Source of the DNA: an uncultured delta proteobacterium
Lineage (GTDB): Bacteria > Myxococcota_A > Polyangia > Fen-1088
NCBI GenBank assembly: GCA_963737265.1
Contig: CAVTRY010000002.1
Location: forward strand, 42,018 to 106,017
Direction: 5' to 3'
DNA length: 64,000 nt
Of the stretch, positions 38,173-48,700 are shown piece by piece. The position numbers and the translations under genes are program-made. Below the pieces are notes generated by a model. It saw only the letters and a list, made by a program, of their open reading frames with translations, was not told where the DNA came from and did not search any database. Numbering within the stretch: position 1 is the first letter of the stretch; each line of letters opens with the position of its first letter.

Positions 38173-40449
38173 CTACCTACCGTCTGAGGGTGGTTCGCCG
38201 TCGGCCTGATCGCGCAGGCATGCAGCCACCGCCTCGACCAGACTGCGGCGGTGGCGGCTCTTGGGCAAAAAGACATCGGCGCCTACCGCCAGGGCATGTT
38301 CGCGGGCCGCCTGCGAGGTGCGGGACGAGAGCACGATGATGGGCAATCCGCGCAGGGTCGCCTCGCGACGGATGCGGGCGATGAGCTGAAAGCCGTCGAG
38401 ACGAGGCATCTCGAGCGCCGTCACCACGGCGTCGAAACGACGCTCGCCAAGAATCTCCCAGGCTTCCCAGCCGTCTTCCGCTGCCACCGACTGGTACCCG
38501 GCGGCCGCGAGCAAGCGCGTGGCTGCCTCGCGCGCCAGGCGTGAATCGTCGACCACCAGCACGCGCGGGTAACCGCGCCGCGGAGCCGCGGGTGGGTGTG
38601 CCGACGGGGAATAGGCGATGTCCGCCAAGGCGCCAAGATCGAGAACGAGCTGGGCCTTGCCCGCGCCCGAAGCCGTGACCCCCGCATAAATTGGAATGAG
38701 CCCGACGAGTGGGCCCAGCGGACGAACGACGATGGTGCGCGGACCTATCACCTTGTCGCAGGTGATGAGAAAATTTCGGCCGCCGTAGCGCACATGCAAG
38801 GCGGCGGCTCGGCGACCCGGCGGCAGCTCGAGGCCGAACATGGCGTGCAACTTGAGGATGGGCACCGTCACGCCGGCGATGGCGGGCAGATCGCCGCTGT
38901 CCTTGGCGGTGGGCGTGGTCCCGGCGAGCACGTTATGTCCGATGGGCAGCACTTCGATGACGTGCGCCGCGGGCACGGCGTAGACCTGACCGCCAATCTT
39001 GAACAGTAGGCCTTGCGTGATTGCGCCCGTGAGCGGCAGCGAGAGGCGAAAGCGCGTAAAGGCGCCCGCTTGCGACTCGACCTTCACCTCGCCGCCCATG
39101 CGCGCCACCGCGCGCTTGACGATGTTGAGACCCATGCCCCGGCCGGCCAGCGCGTCGGACTGCATGCGGGTGGAGAAACCCGCCTCGAAAATGGCGTTCA
39201 CCAACGTCTCGTCGACCAGGCTGGCGTCGGGTGCAAGCTCGCCCGAGGCGCGTAGCGATCGGCGAACGCCTTCTTTGTCGATGCCGCCGCCATCGTCCTC
39301 GAAAGTCAGAAAGACGAAGTCGGCTTCCTGGGCGGCCCGGATGGTGATTTGTCCGCGCGCGGGTTTGCCACGCTCGCTCCGCAGCCTGGCGGGCTCGATC
39401 CCATGAGCCATGGCATTGCGCAAAAGGTGCAGCAGCGGATCCACCAGCTGGTCCACGATGGCCTTGTCGAGCTCGACCTCGCCGCCTTGGACCACCAAAT
39501 CGGCGGGGCGATGGCAACTCCGCTCAAGCTCGCGCAGGGCCGAGCCCAAGCGGGAAAACGCCCACTCCAGCGGCACCAGGCGCGAGCGCCGAATCTGTTC
39601 TTCGAGATACTCCGACGTCTGGCGCATAGAGCTGGCGTCCCCGGCCAGCCCGCGCGCCGTGCGATCGAGATAGGTAAGCGTGTCGGCGAATTCCACGTCC
39701 ACTTCGCCCAGGCGATCGAGCAGACGTCCGATTTCCTCTTGCTTGGCTGGCGCGGGCAAGTCGGCGGCCAGACCGCCTTGCACCACGCGCAGACTTTGCC
39801 GGGTCGTACCGAGATCGCGCAGCACGCTGGCAATCTCGTGCACCCGACGGTCGAGGCGTGTCCCCAGAATAACCAGATCGCCCACGCTGGCGAGCAAGGC
39901 ATCGAGACGCTCAACGTCGACGCGCAAGACGCCCTCGCCGCCGGTACGCCGATCCGCCACGGCTCGGCGATCGACGCGACGGCGGCGCTCGGCTACGTCG
40001 CGCGGGTTGGCGACGGTTTCCGGCGGCTCGGTTGGACGCGGTGGCGGAACGACGAGAAGGGCGCTGCTAAGCAACGCCCTGATTTCGGCTACGCCTTCGT
40101 CGACACGTTCGAGAATTCCGAACGTCGGCGCCAACTGACCGCGGCGAATTTCGGTACACAGCTCCTCAAGCTCGTGCGCCGCCCGCGCGACAGCATCGAA
40201 TCCGACGGAGCCGGCCGAGCCCTTGAGCGTGTGGAGATGGCGAAACAAGACGTCCACCGCTTCGGGTGCGATATCGAGCGAGGTTTCCGAGGCGCGCGAA
40301 AGCAGCTTTTGCGCCTCGGCGATGCGATTGAGGTGCTTCTCCGCCTCTTCGAGAAAGAGCCCGCGCAGCATATCTGTTTCGCCGCCGTTCCATTCCTGGA
40401 GCGACTCATGTTCCCCACTGCCGTCGCCGTCGTCGGATTGCGCCGCCAT
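38173..40449 (-). CDS. CheA-like hybrid kinase (HPt-dimer-HATPase-CheW-REC)
   Basis: HTLKGSAG, HLLRNA, DDGGGID, IFEAGFST, GRGMGL; the REC domain reads VTALEMP. Confidence 0.93.
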   Translation of the reverse strand: MAAQSDDGDGSGEHESLQEWNGGETDMLRGLFLEEAEKHLNRIAEAQKLLSRASETSLDIAPEAVDVLFRHLHTLKGSAGSVGFDAVARAAHELEELCTEIRRGQLAPTFGILERVDEGVAEIRALLSSALLVVPPPRPTEPPETVANPRDVAERRRRVDRRAVADRRTGGEGVLRVDVERLDALLASVGDLVILGTRLDRRVHEIASVLRDLGTTRQSLRVVQGGLAADLPAPAKQEEIGRLLDRLGEVDVEFADTLTYLDRTARGLAGDASSMRQTSEYLEEQIRRSRLVPLEWAFSRLGSALRELERSCHRPADLVVQGGEVELDKAIVDQLVDPLLHLLRNAMAHGIEPARLRSERGKPARGQITIRAAQEADFVFLTFEDDGGGIDKEGVRRSLRASGELAPDASLVDETLVNAIFEAGFSTRMQSDALAGRGMGLNIVKRAVARMGGEVKVESQAGAFTRFRLSLPLTGAITQGLLFKIGGQVYAVPAAHVIEVLPIGHNVLAGTTPTAKDSGDLPAIAGVTVPILKLHAMFGLELPPGRRAAALHVRYGGRNFLITCDKVIGPRTIVVRPLGPLVGLIPIYAGVTASGAGKAQLVLDLGALADIAYSPSAHPPAAPRRGYPRVLVVDDSRLAREAATRLLAAAGYQSVAAEDGWEAWEILGERRFDAVVTALEMPRLDGFQLIARIRREATLRGLPIIVLSSRTSQAAREHALAVGADVFLPKSRHRRSLVEAVAACLRDQADGEPPSDGR

Positions 40450-40461
40450 GGCGGATACGTC

Positions 40462-41286
40462 CTAGGCGTCCGTCCCGGCCGGGTCTTCGCCCAGCGCCGC
40501 AAGCAGGTTTCGCAGCGCCTCGCCAAGCGGCGTATGCGTGCCGGCGACCAGCGGCGACAGGGGCGCGAGAACGCGCGCGAGCTCGTTGCGCCGTTCGTGC
40601 AAAATTCGCGTGATCTCAGCCTCGCCTTGGCCGACGAAGCGCCATTGCGCGATGGCGTCGGTGAGCGTCTTGCGCAGGCCCGACAGCGACACGGATTCGC
40701 TGCTGGCACGTCGGCTGAGCGCGGCTAGCTCATCGGCCATCTTGCGCACGCTTTCAATGGCTCGCGTGGCATCGCCGGTGGCGCTGGCGATGGTTTCAAT
40801 GTAGGCGCCGATGTCCTTGGTGGCGGCGGCGGAGCGTTCGGCCATCTTGCGCACTTCCTCTGCCACCAGGCCAAAGCCCCTGCCTTGGGCGCCCGCGCGC
40901 GATGCTTCGATGGCGGCGTTGAGCGACAGCACGTTGGTCTCGGAGGTGACGTCGTCGAGCATCTCGACGATTTGACCGATCTCCTCCGAGCGCGCCTCGA
41001 GTGCCTTGAGCTTGCGGGCGATTTCGGCCACCGCCGCCTGTTGCCGGGTCATGCCCTCGGCGATTTCGGGCAGCGCGCTGCCGGTGGATTCGGCCGCGAT
41101 CATGATCGAGGTCGCCGCGTAGGAGATCTGCGTGGCCCGTTGTTCGAGGCTTGCGAGCAAGTCGTTGGTCGCCCGCGCGACCTCGCCGAGCGTCCCCGCG
41201 CCTGCCTCGACACGTGCGGTAAGGTCCCCGTTCTCGGCCGCCCGCAAGGTCGCCAGCAGATGGCTCAGTTGGTCTTTTTCGTTCAT
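40462..41286 (-). CDS. Short soluble methyl-accepting chemotaxis protein
   Basis: TNVLSLNAAIEASRAG..GRGFGLVAEEVRKMAERS; HAMP-like N-terminus; no TM segment. Confidence 0.9.
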   Translation of the reverse strand: MNEKDQLSHLLATLRAAENGDLTARVEAGAGTLGEVARATNDLLASLEQRATQISYAATSIMIAAESTGSALPEIAEGMTRQQAAVAEIARKLKALEARSEEIGQIVEMLDDVTSETNVLSLNAAIEASRAGAQGRGFGLVAEEVRKMAERSAAATKDIGAYIETIASATGDATRAIESVRKMADELAALSRRASSESVSLSGLRKTLTDAIAQWRFVGQGEAEITRILHERRNELARVLAPLSPLVAGTHTPLGEALRNLLAALGEDPAGTDA

Positions 41287-41765
41287 GGTCCCATCACCGC
41301 GCTGATCGCGTTCCTTACGTAATCGATGGTGCGTTCGATATCGAGAAGAAGGGCCGGACCGCTGGCGTCGAGCACCGTGGCCGACAAGAAAGAGGGGCGC
41401 GGTGGCGGCGGGCGGCTGTGTTGCTCATCCACCGTACCGATGGTTACCGCGCGCTCGACGGCAATCGCGGCGCGCACGATTTCGCGGCCCGCGTCCGGCG
41501 CGGTCTCGATGACCAGCAGCTTGTCCTTGGAAAAGCGCCTCCCTTCGGTCGCGTCGTCGCCGGCCGGCTGGAAACACACCGAAAGATCGAGCACGGGAAG
41601 GATCCAGTCCTGCACCGGCGCGATCCCGCGCACCATCGCCGGCGCCAGCGGCACCGGCGTTACACCTCGCATGGGCAGCACTTTGCGCACGACCGCCAGC
41701 GGAAGCGCGCAACGCAGGCCGCGCACCTCGAAAAACACCACGTCGAGAAGCGCGGCCGCAGCCAT
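41283..41765 (-). CDS. CheW-like adaptor
   Basis: ALPLAVVRKV..VTPVPLAP..RGI..LPVLDL. Confidence 0.8.
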   Translation of the reverse strand: MAAAALLDVVFFEVRGLRCALPLAVVRKVLPMRGVTPVPLAPAMVRGIAPVQDWILPVLDLSVCFQPAGDDATEGRRFSKDKLLVIETAPDAGREIVRAAIAVERAVTIGTVDEQHSRPPPPRPSFLSATVLDASGPALLLDIERTIDYVRNAISAVMGP

Positions 41766-41767
41766 AA

Positions 41768-43000
41768 TCAGACAATCACCGGCGCGACCCGGCGCCGGAT
41801 GAGCTTGCTGCGCAGAAGGCGAAAGAGAACCTGGGTGACGTCGTAGGATCCCATCTTCGAGATCTGGATGAGGTCGCGAACGGTGTTTTTCCCGTTGACC
41901 AGATCGGCGATGACGGATTCCTCGCGCAGGAGCTTCCCGCGCCCGAAGCTGGCGAGCTTGTCTTCGTTGCGAACGAAGGTCAGGTCGAAATCGCCGATCT
42001 CTTGTTCGATCACCCGCCATTCCTCCACCCGCCGCAGGCCCTCGACGATAAGACCATCCACGGCCAGCGACAGCGAAGCCTCGCGCGCCGTCGCTGGCAA
42101 TTCAGCCTCGGGGTGGAAGGCAAAATGCCCGCTGCCCCAGCGCAGACTCTCGAACACGAGGGCCGAGGTTTGCTTGGCCATGGCTTTGTGCAGGCCCACG
42201 GGCGTCAGCAACCCGCGCGAGCATAGGTAGGCGCCGAGCAGCTCTTTACTTTCAGCGGTCTGGCGCTCGTCGAGCACGCGCGCCAGCGTCTCGTCGGCCA
42301 AGAATCCCCCACTCACGAGGAACCTTCCCAGCAGGAATTCGTCGGACACGCCGTGCGCGCCCGCGAAATCGATGCGGCCCTGGCCAAGGTAGATGTGCAA
42401 GCGGGCACGGCCATGGGACAGGGTCACGGTGCCGGTGTGACCGCGATCCTGCAACAACAGAAGAACATCGGCGATGGAGATCACCGCGAGATCTCCCGCA
42501 AGCGCGGCGTCGAGATCCGGTGGTCCGCCGGCCGCGCTTCCGTCCTTGCCGTCGCTCGGCAGTAGCGAGGCGATGTCGATGCGGCTGTCCGACTCGACTG
42601 TCGGCTCGGGCGCTGCGGGCTTCTTGCCGGTTCTCTCCAGGGTGTGGCCGACCACGGCCAGGAGCGCGTCGGGCGAAAACGGCTTGGAGATGATGTTCAT
42701 CACGTTGGGCATGGTGGAGAAGCATTCCCCGACCTCTTCGCCCTTCGCGCTCATCACGATCACGGGAACATCGGCCAAGCTCATGTTGCCCGAGATCGCC
42801 CGGCACACGTCGTCGCCCTGCAAATCGGGCAGCAGAAAATCGAGCAGGATGAGGTCCGGCCGATTCGCCTGCGCGGCCTCGATGCCACCTTCTCCCGTGC
42901 GCGAGGTTGCCACCCGGTACCCAGCCTTGGTCAACGATAACTCGACGAGCTTGCAAATGGTCGGGCTGTCGTCGACGACGAGTATGGTCTCCCCTGACAT
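41768..43000 (-). CDS. Response regulator with DUF4388 domain (PatA-like)
   Basis: ILVVDD..LILLD..SKPF, then LAGDL..LLLLQ..W..GHFAF..GLRRVEEW. Confidence 0.88.
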   Translation of the reverse strand: MSGETILVVDDSPTICKLVELSLTKAGYRVATSRTGEGGIEAAQANRPDLILLDFLLPDLQGDDVCRAISGNMSLADVPVIVMSAKGEEVGECFSTMPNVMNIISKPFSPDALLAVVGHTLERTGKKPAAPEPTVESDSRIDIASLLPSDGKDGSAAGGPPDLDAALAGDLAVISIADVLLLLQDRGHTGTVTLSHGRARLHIYLGQGRIDFAGAHGVSDEFLLGRFLVSGGFLADETLARVLDERQTAESKELLGAYLCSRGLLTPVGLHKAMAKQTSALVFESLRWGSGHFAFHPEAELPATAREASLSLAVDGLIVEGLRRVEEWRVIEQEIGDFDLTFVRNEDKLASFGRGKLLREESVIADLVNGKNTVRDLIQISKMGSYDVTQVLFRLLRSKLIRRRVAPVIV

Positions 43001-43269
43001 CGGTCGTGGTCCCTTTCGCCTGGCGTAGCCGGGCAGTCTACAACGTCGCGTGCCTTCGCGACAACGCGCGAGGTGCGAACGCGGACGGTTACTCGCCCGC
43101 GTCGGCCCGCGTTAGTGGCGAGCACTGGCGGCCGCGAGGTTTCTTTGTTCGCGGCGTCTTTCGTGTCCGCCCGGTGTGGGCCATGCTTCCGGGCACCACC
43201 AGCCGAGCGCCGGCTGGTCCTTCATTTCCACCCCCGGCCTACCGATTGAGAACGATAGGAGAATTCGGC

Positions 43270-45714
43270 ATGGATGCGGCCACATGGCTACGCCAGATGG
43301 GGGGAGAATCCCAGGTGGAGAAGCGCGCGCAGCTGGCCGAGCTGTGCACCGGGCTCGCCCGATTGGCGACGCTCGACGACTTGTTGTTCGAGGGCATGGA
43401 GCGCGCCGCCGCCTTCCTCGGCGCCGAGCGCGCGGCTGTCTTCATACCCGACCTCGAAAACCAACTGCGCGCCGTCGCCTGGGTGAGCGATTCGGTGCGA
43501 GAGCTGCGCTTGCCGCGCGATCCGACCCACCTCGTCGGATGGTCCTTTACCACGCACGCCCCGGCCAGCGTCCGCAATGTGTGGGATTTGGCCGAGCTCG
43601 TCCGCCTGCACCCGCGCCTGCGTCCCGACGATCGCCTCGACCAGTGGCTCAACCTGCGCCTGCGCTCGGTGATCCTGGCGCCCCTTCTCGACCGCGAGCA
43701 GGTCACCGGGATCTTGCTCGTGGCCAATCGAAGCGACCAGGCCGGCATTTTTTCATCGCGAGACGTGGCTTACGCGATCGAGGTGGCCAAGGCCGTCGCG
43801 GGCAACCTGGGTGCGCAACTCGGCCGGCACACGCCCGCAGCCACCGCAGCGGCCACGACGCCAGCGCCGGCCAAGCGGCTGTCGGCACCCGTGGAAAGGG
43901 TTGCAACCTCGCCGACCCCGATGGAAATCCGGCCCACGGAGCCCATGTCGGTCGTCCCGTACGACCACACGCCTCGACCAACGACCAGACAGGCCGGCAA
44001 ATGGGACCACTTGGTCGAGGCCGGTGTGATGCAGCCCGAGGTGTTGGCCAAGACGCTCGCGTCGGCCGCGGCCTCGGGGACCGATCCCGGCCGCTACCTT
44101 ATCGAAAAGGTCGGCATCGCCCGCGCCGAAGTGGAAAAAGCCGTCTCCGCCTACTACGGCGTCCCCTTCTACAAGTTCTCCGCCAAACAACAAATCCCGG
44201 AGGATCTCCGCCTCCGCCTACGCGTGGAATTTTTGCGCCGGATGTGCGCGGTTCCCATCGAACGGAGCGGCCCCCACCTCATCGTCGTCATCGACGATCC
44301 GCACGACATTCAGCGCGCCGATGCCTTGCGCTCGGTCGAATCCGATCGCGAGGTCGCCATCCAGGTTGGTTTTCGCGACGAAATCCTGGCCTGCATCGAG
44401 CATTCGTACGGCCTCCGCTCCGACGTCAACGTCTTGCTCAAGGAGCTCTCCACCGACGAGAACACCGGCGCGGTCGACGAGCCAAGCGAAGACGACGAGG
44501 GCGGCGAGGAAGACGAATCGGACAGCGCCATCATCAAGCTGGCCAACCAGATCATCATCGACGCCTACCAGCGCGGCGCCTCGGATATCCACATCGAGCC
44601 CTACGGCAAGGAAGAAAACACCCGCATCCGGTTTCGCATCGACGGCGATTGCATCCCCTACCAAAACATTCCGCCGCTCTTTCGCAACCCGCTCGTCGCG
44701 CGCTTCAAGATCATGGCCCGGCTCGATATCTCGGAGAAGCGCAAACCCCAGGACGGCAAGATCAGGTTCCGCATGCGCGACCGGACCATCGAATTGCGTG
44801 TCGCCACCTTGCCTACGGTGAACGGCAACGAAGACGTGGTCATGCGCATCCTGGCCGCGTCCAAACCCATTCCGCTCGAGGACATGGGCATGAGCGAACG
44901 CAACCTGCGCGAGCTCAAAATCATCGTCGCCAAGCCGTACGGGCTCGTGCTGTGCGTGGGACCGACCGGATCGGGCAAGACCACCACCCTGCACTCGGCG
45001 CTCGGCTCCATCAACACCCTCGACATGAAGATTTGGACCGCCGAGGATCCGGTGGAAATCACCCAGCCCGGCCTGCGCCAGGTGCAGGTGCAGCCGAAGA
45101 TCGGTTTCGATTTCGCCGCGGCCATGCGTTCGTTCCTGCGCGCCGACCCTGACGTCATCATGGTCGGCGAAATGCGCGACAAAGAAACCGCCAGCACCGG
45201 CGTCGAAGCCTCGCTCACCGGCCACCTCGTGCTATCGACCCTGCACACCAACAGCGCGCCCGAGACGATTACCCGTCTTGTCGACATCGGGCTCGATCCT
45301 TTTAGCTTCGCCGACGCTTTGCTGGGCGTGCTGGCGCAACGCCTGGCGCGCGGTCTGTGCAAGAAGTGCCGCGAGCAGTACCTGGCCAGCAAGGACGAGG
45401 TCGCCGAGATGGTTCAGGCCTTCGGCGCCGAGGCCGCGGCCGCGCGCGGGATTGGCGTGGGAGAGTGCAGGTTATGGCGCGCCCCCGGTTGCGAGATGTG
45501 TGGCAAGACCGGCTACAAGGGCCGCATCGCCCTGCACGAGCTGCTCATCGCCGACGAAGGCATCAAGCGCGCCATCGCCAAACGCTCTCCCGTCGAGGAA
45601 GTGCGCCAGCTCGCCATCGCCGGCGGCATGACCACCCTGCTTCAGGACGGCATCGAGAAAGCCATTGCCGGCAAGACCGACCTCAAGCAAGTGCTGGCCG
45701 TTTGCCTGCGCTAG
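43270..45714 (+). CDS. GspE/PilB family ATPase with N-terminal GAF domain
   Basis: GAF (SVILAPL..LLVANR..FSSRD), ASDIHIEP, GPTGSGKT, VGEMRD, LSTLHTN, CxxC..CxxC. Confidence 0.92.
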   Translation: MDAATWLRQMGGESQVEKRAQLAELCTGLARLATLDDLLFEGMERAAAFLGAERAAVFIPDLENQLRAVAWVSDSVRELRLPRDPTHLVGWSFTTHAPASVRNVWDLAELVRLHPRLRPDDRLDQWLNLRLRSVILAPLLDREQVTGILLVANRSDQAGIFSSRDVAYAIEVAKAVAGNLGAQLGRHTPAATAAATTPAPAKRLSAPVERVATSPTPMEIRPTEPMSVVPYDHTPRPTTRQAGKWDHLVEAGVMQPEVLAKTLASAAASGTDPGRYLIEKVGIARAEVEKAVSAYYGVPFYKFSAKQQIPEDLRLRLRVEFLRRMCAVPIERSGPHLIVVIDDPHDIQRADALRSVESDREVAIQVGFRDEILACIEHSYGLRSDVNVLLKELSTDENTGAVDEPSEDDEGGEEDESDSAIIKLANQIIIDAYQRGASDIHIEPYGKEENTRIRFRIDGDCIPYQNIPPLFRNPLVARFKIMARLDISEKRKPQDGKIRFRMRDRTIELRVATLPTVNGNEDVVMRILAASKPIPLEDMGMSERNLRELKIIVAKPYGLVLCVGPTGSGKTTTLHSALGSINTLDMKIWTAEDPVEITQPGLRQVQVQPKIGFDFAAAMRSFLRADPDVIMVGEMRDKETASTGVEASLTGHLVLSTLHTNSAPETITRLVDIGLDPFSFADALLGVLAQRLARGLCKKCREQYLASKDEVAEMVQAFGAEAAAARGIGVGECRLWRAPGCEMCGKTGYKGRIALHELLIADEGIKRAIAKRSPVEEVRQLAIAGGMTTLLQDGIEKAIAGKTDLKQVLAVCLR

Positions 45715-48700
45715 CGCAGCTGATCCAAAAGAGCGCGGGCTTCTTCGAGGTTGGCATCCTCTTGCAGCGCCCGCTTGACGAAGATGATGGCGCGCGAGCG
45801 ATCCTTCGCCCGGTGGGCGATGCGCGCCTGGCGCAAGTACGCCAGGCCGACGACCTTGGCGTCCTTGATGGGGCTGGCGGCCACGACGCGCAGGGCGCGC
45901 AGGGCAAGCTCGTCGTCGCCGATGGACTCGGCGAGATCGGCCAGCTCGTTGGCGATGGCGACGCTCTTGCGATCGGTGTCGAGGGCCTTTTTGAGCGCCT
46001 GAAGCTGGCCGTCCCGATCGCCGGTGGCGGCCGCGATTTTGGACTGGCGGCGGTACAAGGCGCCCAGTTCCTCCGGCTTCATGGTCTTCGCGTCGGCGAA
46101 AAGCTCGGTGAGAACCGCAGACGCCCGTTCGAGCGTGCCCGCGGCGACGTAGGCGTCGAAAAGCAGCGCCCGTGTCGTGCGATCCGCGGCCGGAAACGCC
46201 AGCGATTTTTCCAGTGCCAGCGCAGCGTCCGCGCCTTGTCCGGCAGCCAGCAATGCCTGTCCAATTTGCACCAAGAGGCGGAAACGCTCGTTCTCGTCCG
46301 GCTCGCTGTCGGCCATAAGGTAGCGTAGGCGAGCCGACTCGACCATATTGCCGGTCGTTTCGTAAAGCCCGGCCAGGCGCGCTTGCAGCTCGCGATGGCC
46401 CGGCACGTGGGCGAGCACACCCGAAAGCCAGGGAATGGCCTCTTCAGCGCGACCGAGCTTCTCGCACGCGGCGGTCAGAGCCAAAGCCGCCTGGGCCTTG
46501 GCTTCGCCCTCTTCCAGGTGCACGAGGCGCGCCCACACGTTGGCGGCCGATTCCCACCGCCCGCTGGCGGTGAAGATGTCGCGCATCTGGTGGAGAACCT
46601 CTCGATCATCGGGGCACGATTCGATCCAACGGAACAGCACCTCGTCCGCCTGGGTATCGTCGCCGCCCCGGCGCAAAATCTCGACCAGGCGCAGCGAGGC
46701 CGCACGGGCACTCGTCCGATCCCCGGCGCTGGCAGCACGGCCCGCCACGCGGGACAGGGCCGCGGCCAGGTCGGCGCTTGCATCGGCGGCGCCGAGAGAC
46801 ATCGCCTCTTCAAGGTCGCGTACCGCCGCCTCGTCGTCGTGCTGCCGCGCCGATAGATCGGCCCGCAAGCGCAGAAGTCCGATGCGCATCGACGGGCTGA
46901 CGGCCGTGGCCAGGATTTCGCCCGCGGCCGCCACCGCGAGTGCGGGATCTCCGGCTTCGACGAACGAGTCGCAAAGCTCGCGCACCAAATCGAAGTCGGA
47001 CGGATCGATCTGCACCGCCTGGCGCAGGGTCTGCGCCGCGGCTTTGACGTCGCCGAGCTTGTTGCGCTGAAGGTGGGCCACCTTGCGGTAAAGCCGCGTG
47101 GCCTTGCCGACATCCAAAAGCCGACCCGCTTCCTGGCCAAGCAGCGCCGCCGCATCCGCCCACTTCTCGCGCTGGGTATAGAACTTGCCGAGCTGCTCAA
47201 ATATATCCGCGTTGTCGGGTGCGCGCTCGTGCCCCAGGCAAAGTGCGCGCTCCGCGCCTGAATCGTCGTTGATCTGCAGGCGCAGCTCGAACAGCGCAAG
47301 CGCCTGCGCCGCGGCGGTTTCGCCGCTTTCGCCGAGCAAAATTTCTTCGCACAGGGCGGCCCGCTCGGCGGCCTCGCCATCGCCGGTGAGCAGCTCGACC
47401 AGCGACTGTTGCAGCGAGCGCTTGGCGGTCGCGTCGGGCAGCGAGGTCGCCAGCGCCGAGCGGTACACCTCCTTGGCCTGGGCCGGATCGGCCTTCTTCA
47501 CCAAGTCGCCAAGCCGGCGCGCCAAGGTGGCCCGGCCCGCGCCGGACGCGGCACCTTCCCCGCTCGACAGAGCGTCCGAGAGCAGGGTCACGGCTTCGCC
47601 GACATCGCCACGTTCTTCGTAGACATCGGCCAGTAAAGCGAGCGCTTGCGAATGTCCGGGCTCTTCGAGAAGCACGTCGCGCAGAGCCGCGGACACGGTT
47701 TCCCCGGCATCACCGCTGGCGAGCAGGAATCGCGCCCACGCCATGCGAACCGCGCTGCGATCCCCGCGGCTCATGAGCTTGGCGGCCAAGTCTTGCACCA
47801 GTCCTTCGAGCGCGCCGCGGTTGCCCTGCCGAGCCCACAGGTCGAGCAGCGGTTCCCACACCTCGCGATCGGTGGGATAGACCACGCGCAGATGGTCGAG
47901 CAACTGCGCCGCCACGGCAACGCAGTCGTTGCTGGCGGCGGCCACCTTGGCGGTTTCGCGCACGAGCGGTGTGAGACGCGGATTGGCCCATTCGGCCCGC
48001 ACGTCCTCGAGCACGCGCGCGGCGCCAGCCAGATCGCCGCGGGCACGCAACCGGCGCGACAGATCGATCACCGCCCAAACCCCCTCATGCAAACCACCAC
48101 TCGACTGCCGTGCAATCTCGATGGCGTGCGCGAGCATGCGCTCGGCCCGTTCGCCCTCGCCCAGCGATACCGCCAGCTCGACGCCCTCGCGAACCTCGCC
48201 AAGCTGCGCGCCCGGCAGGGCGGCACGCCGGTCGAGAAAGTCGAGCAAGACGCGGTCGTCGCCCGATGCGCGCGCAACCTTTTCGTACACCGGCAGAACG
48301 CGCACGAGCGCGGTGTCGGGAACGTGTGCGTTTTGCACGATGGATGTCGCCCGTGGCAAGTCGGGCAAGATCTCCATCGCCTGCGCCAGGGCATCGAGGC
48401 CCTCGTCGCGCGTCTCCCCCTGCGCGACCTGCGCTTCCGCCAGGCGATAGGAGAGGTCGGCCTTCTCGGTGTTCGCGATGGCAGCCTGGATCAGTCGGCG
48501 AAGTCCAGCCACCGCCCGCTTGAATTCAGCGGAGTCACCGGTCGCGGACGCCACCCGCGCGAGGGCACCCAGCGCCTCGGCGCCGCGGCAGTTGGTTTGC
48601 TCGGCACGGCGAAGATAGGCAACGGCCTTATCGAGAAGGCGGAGATCCTTCTCGGCCACATCCGCCGCGCGCAGCAGAAGATCGGCCAAGCAGGGTCCGT

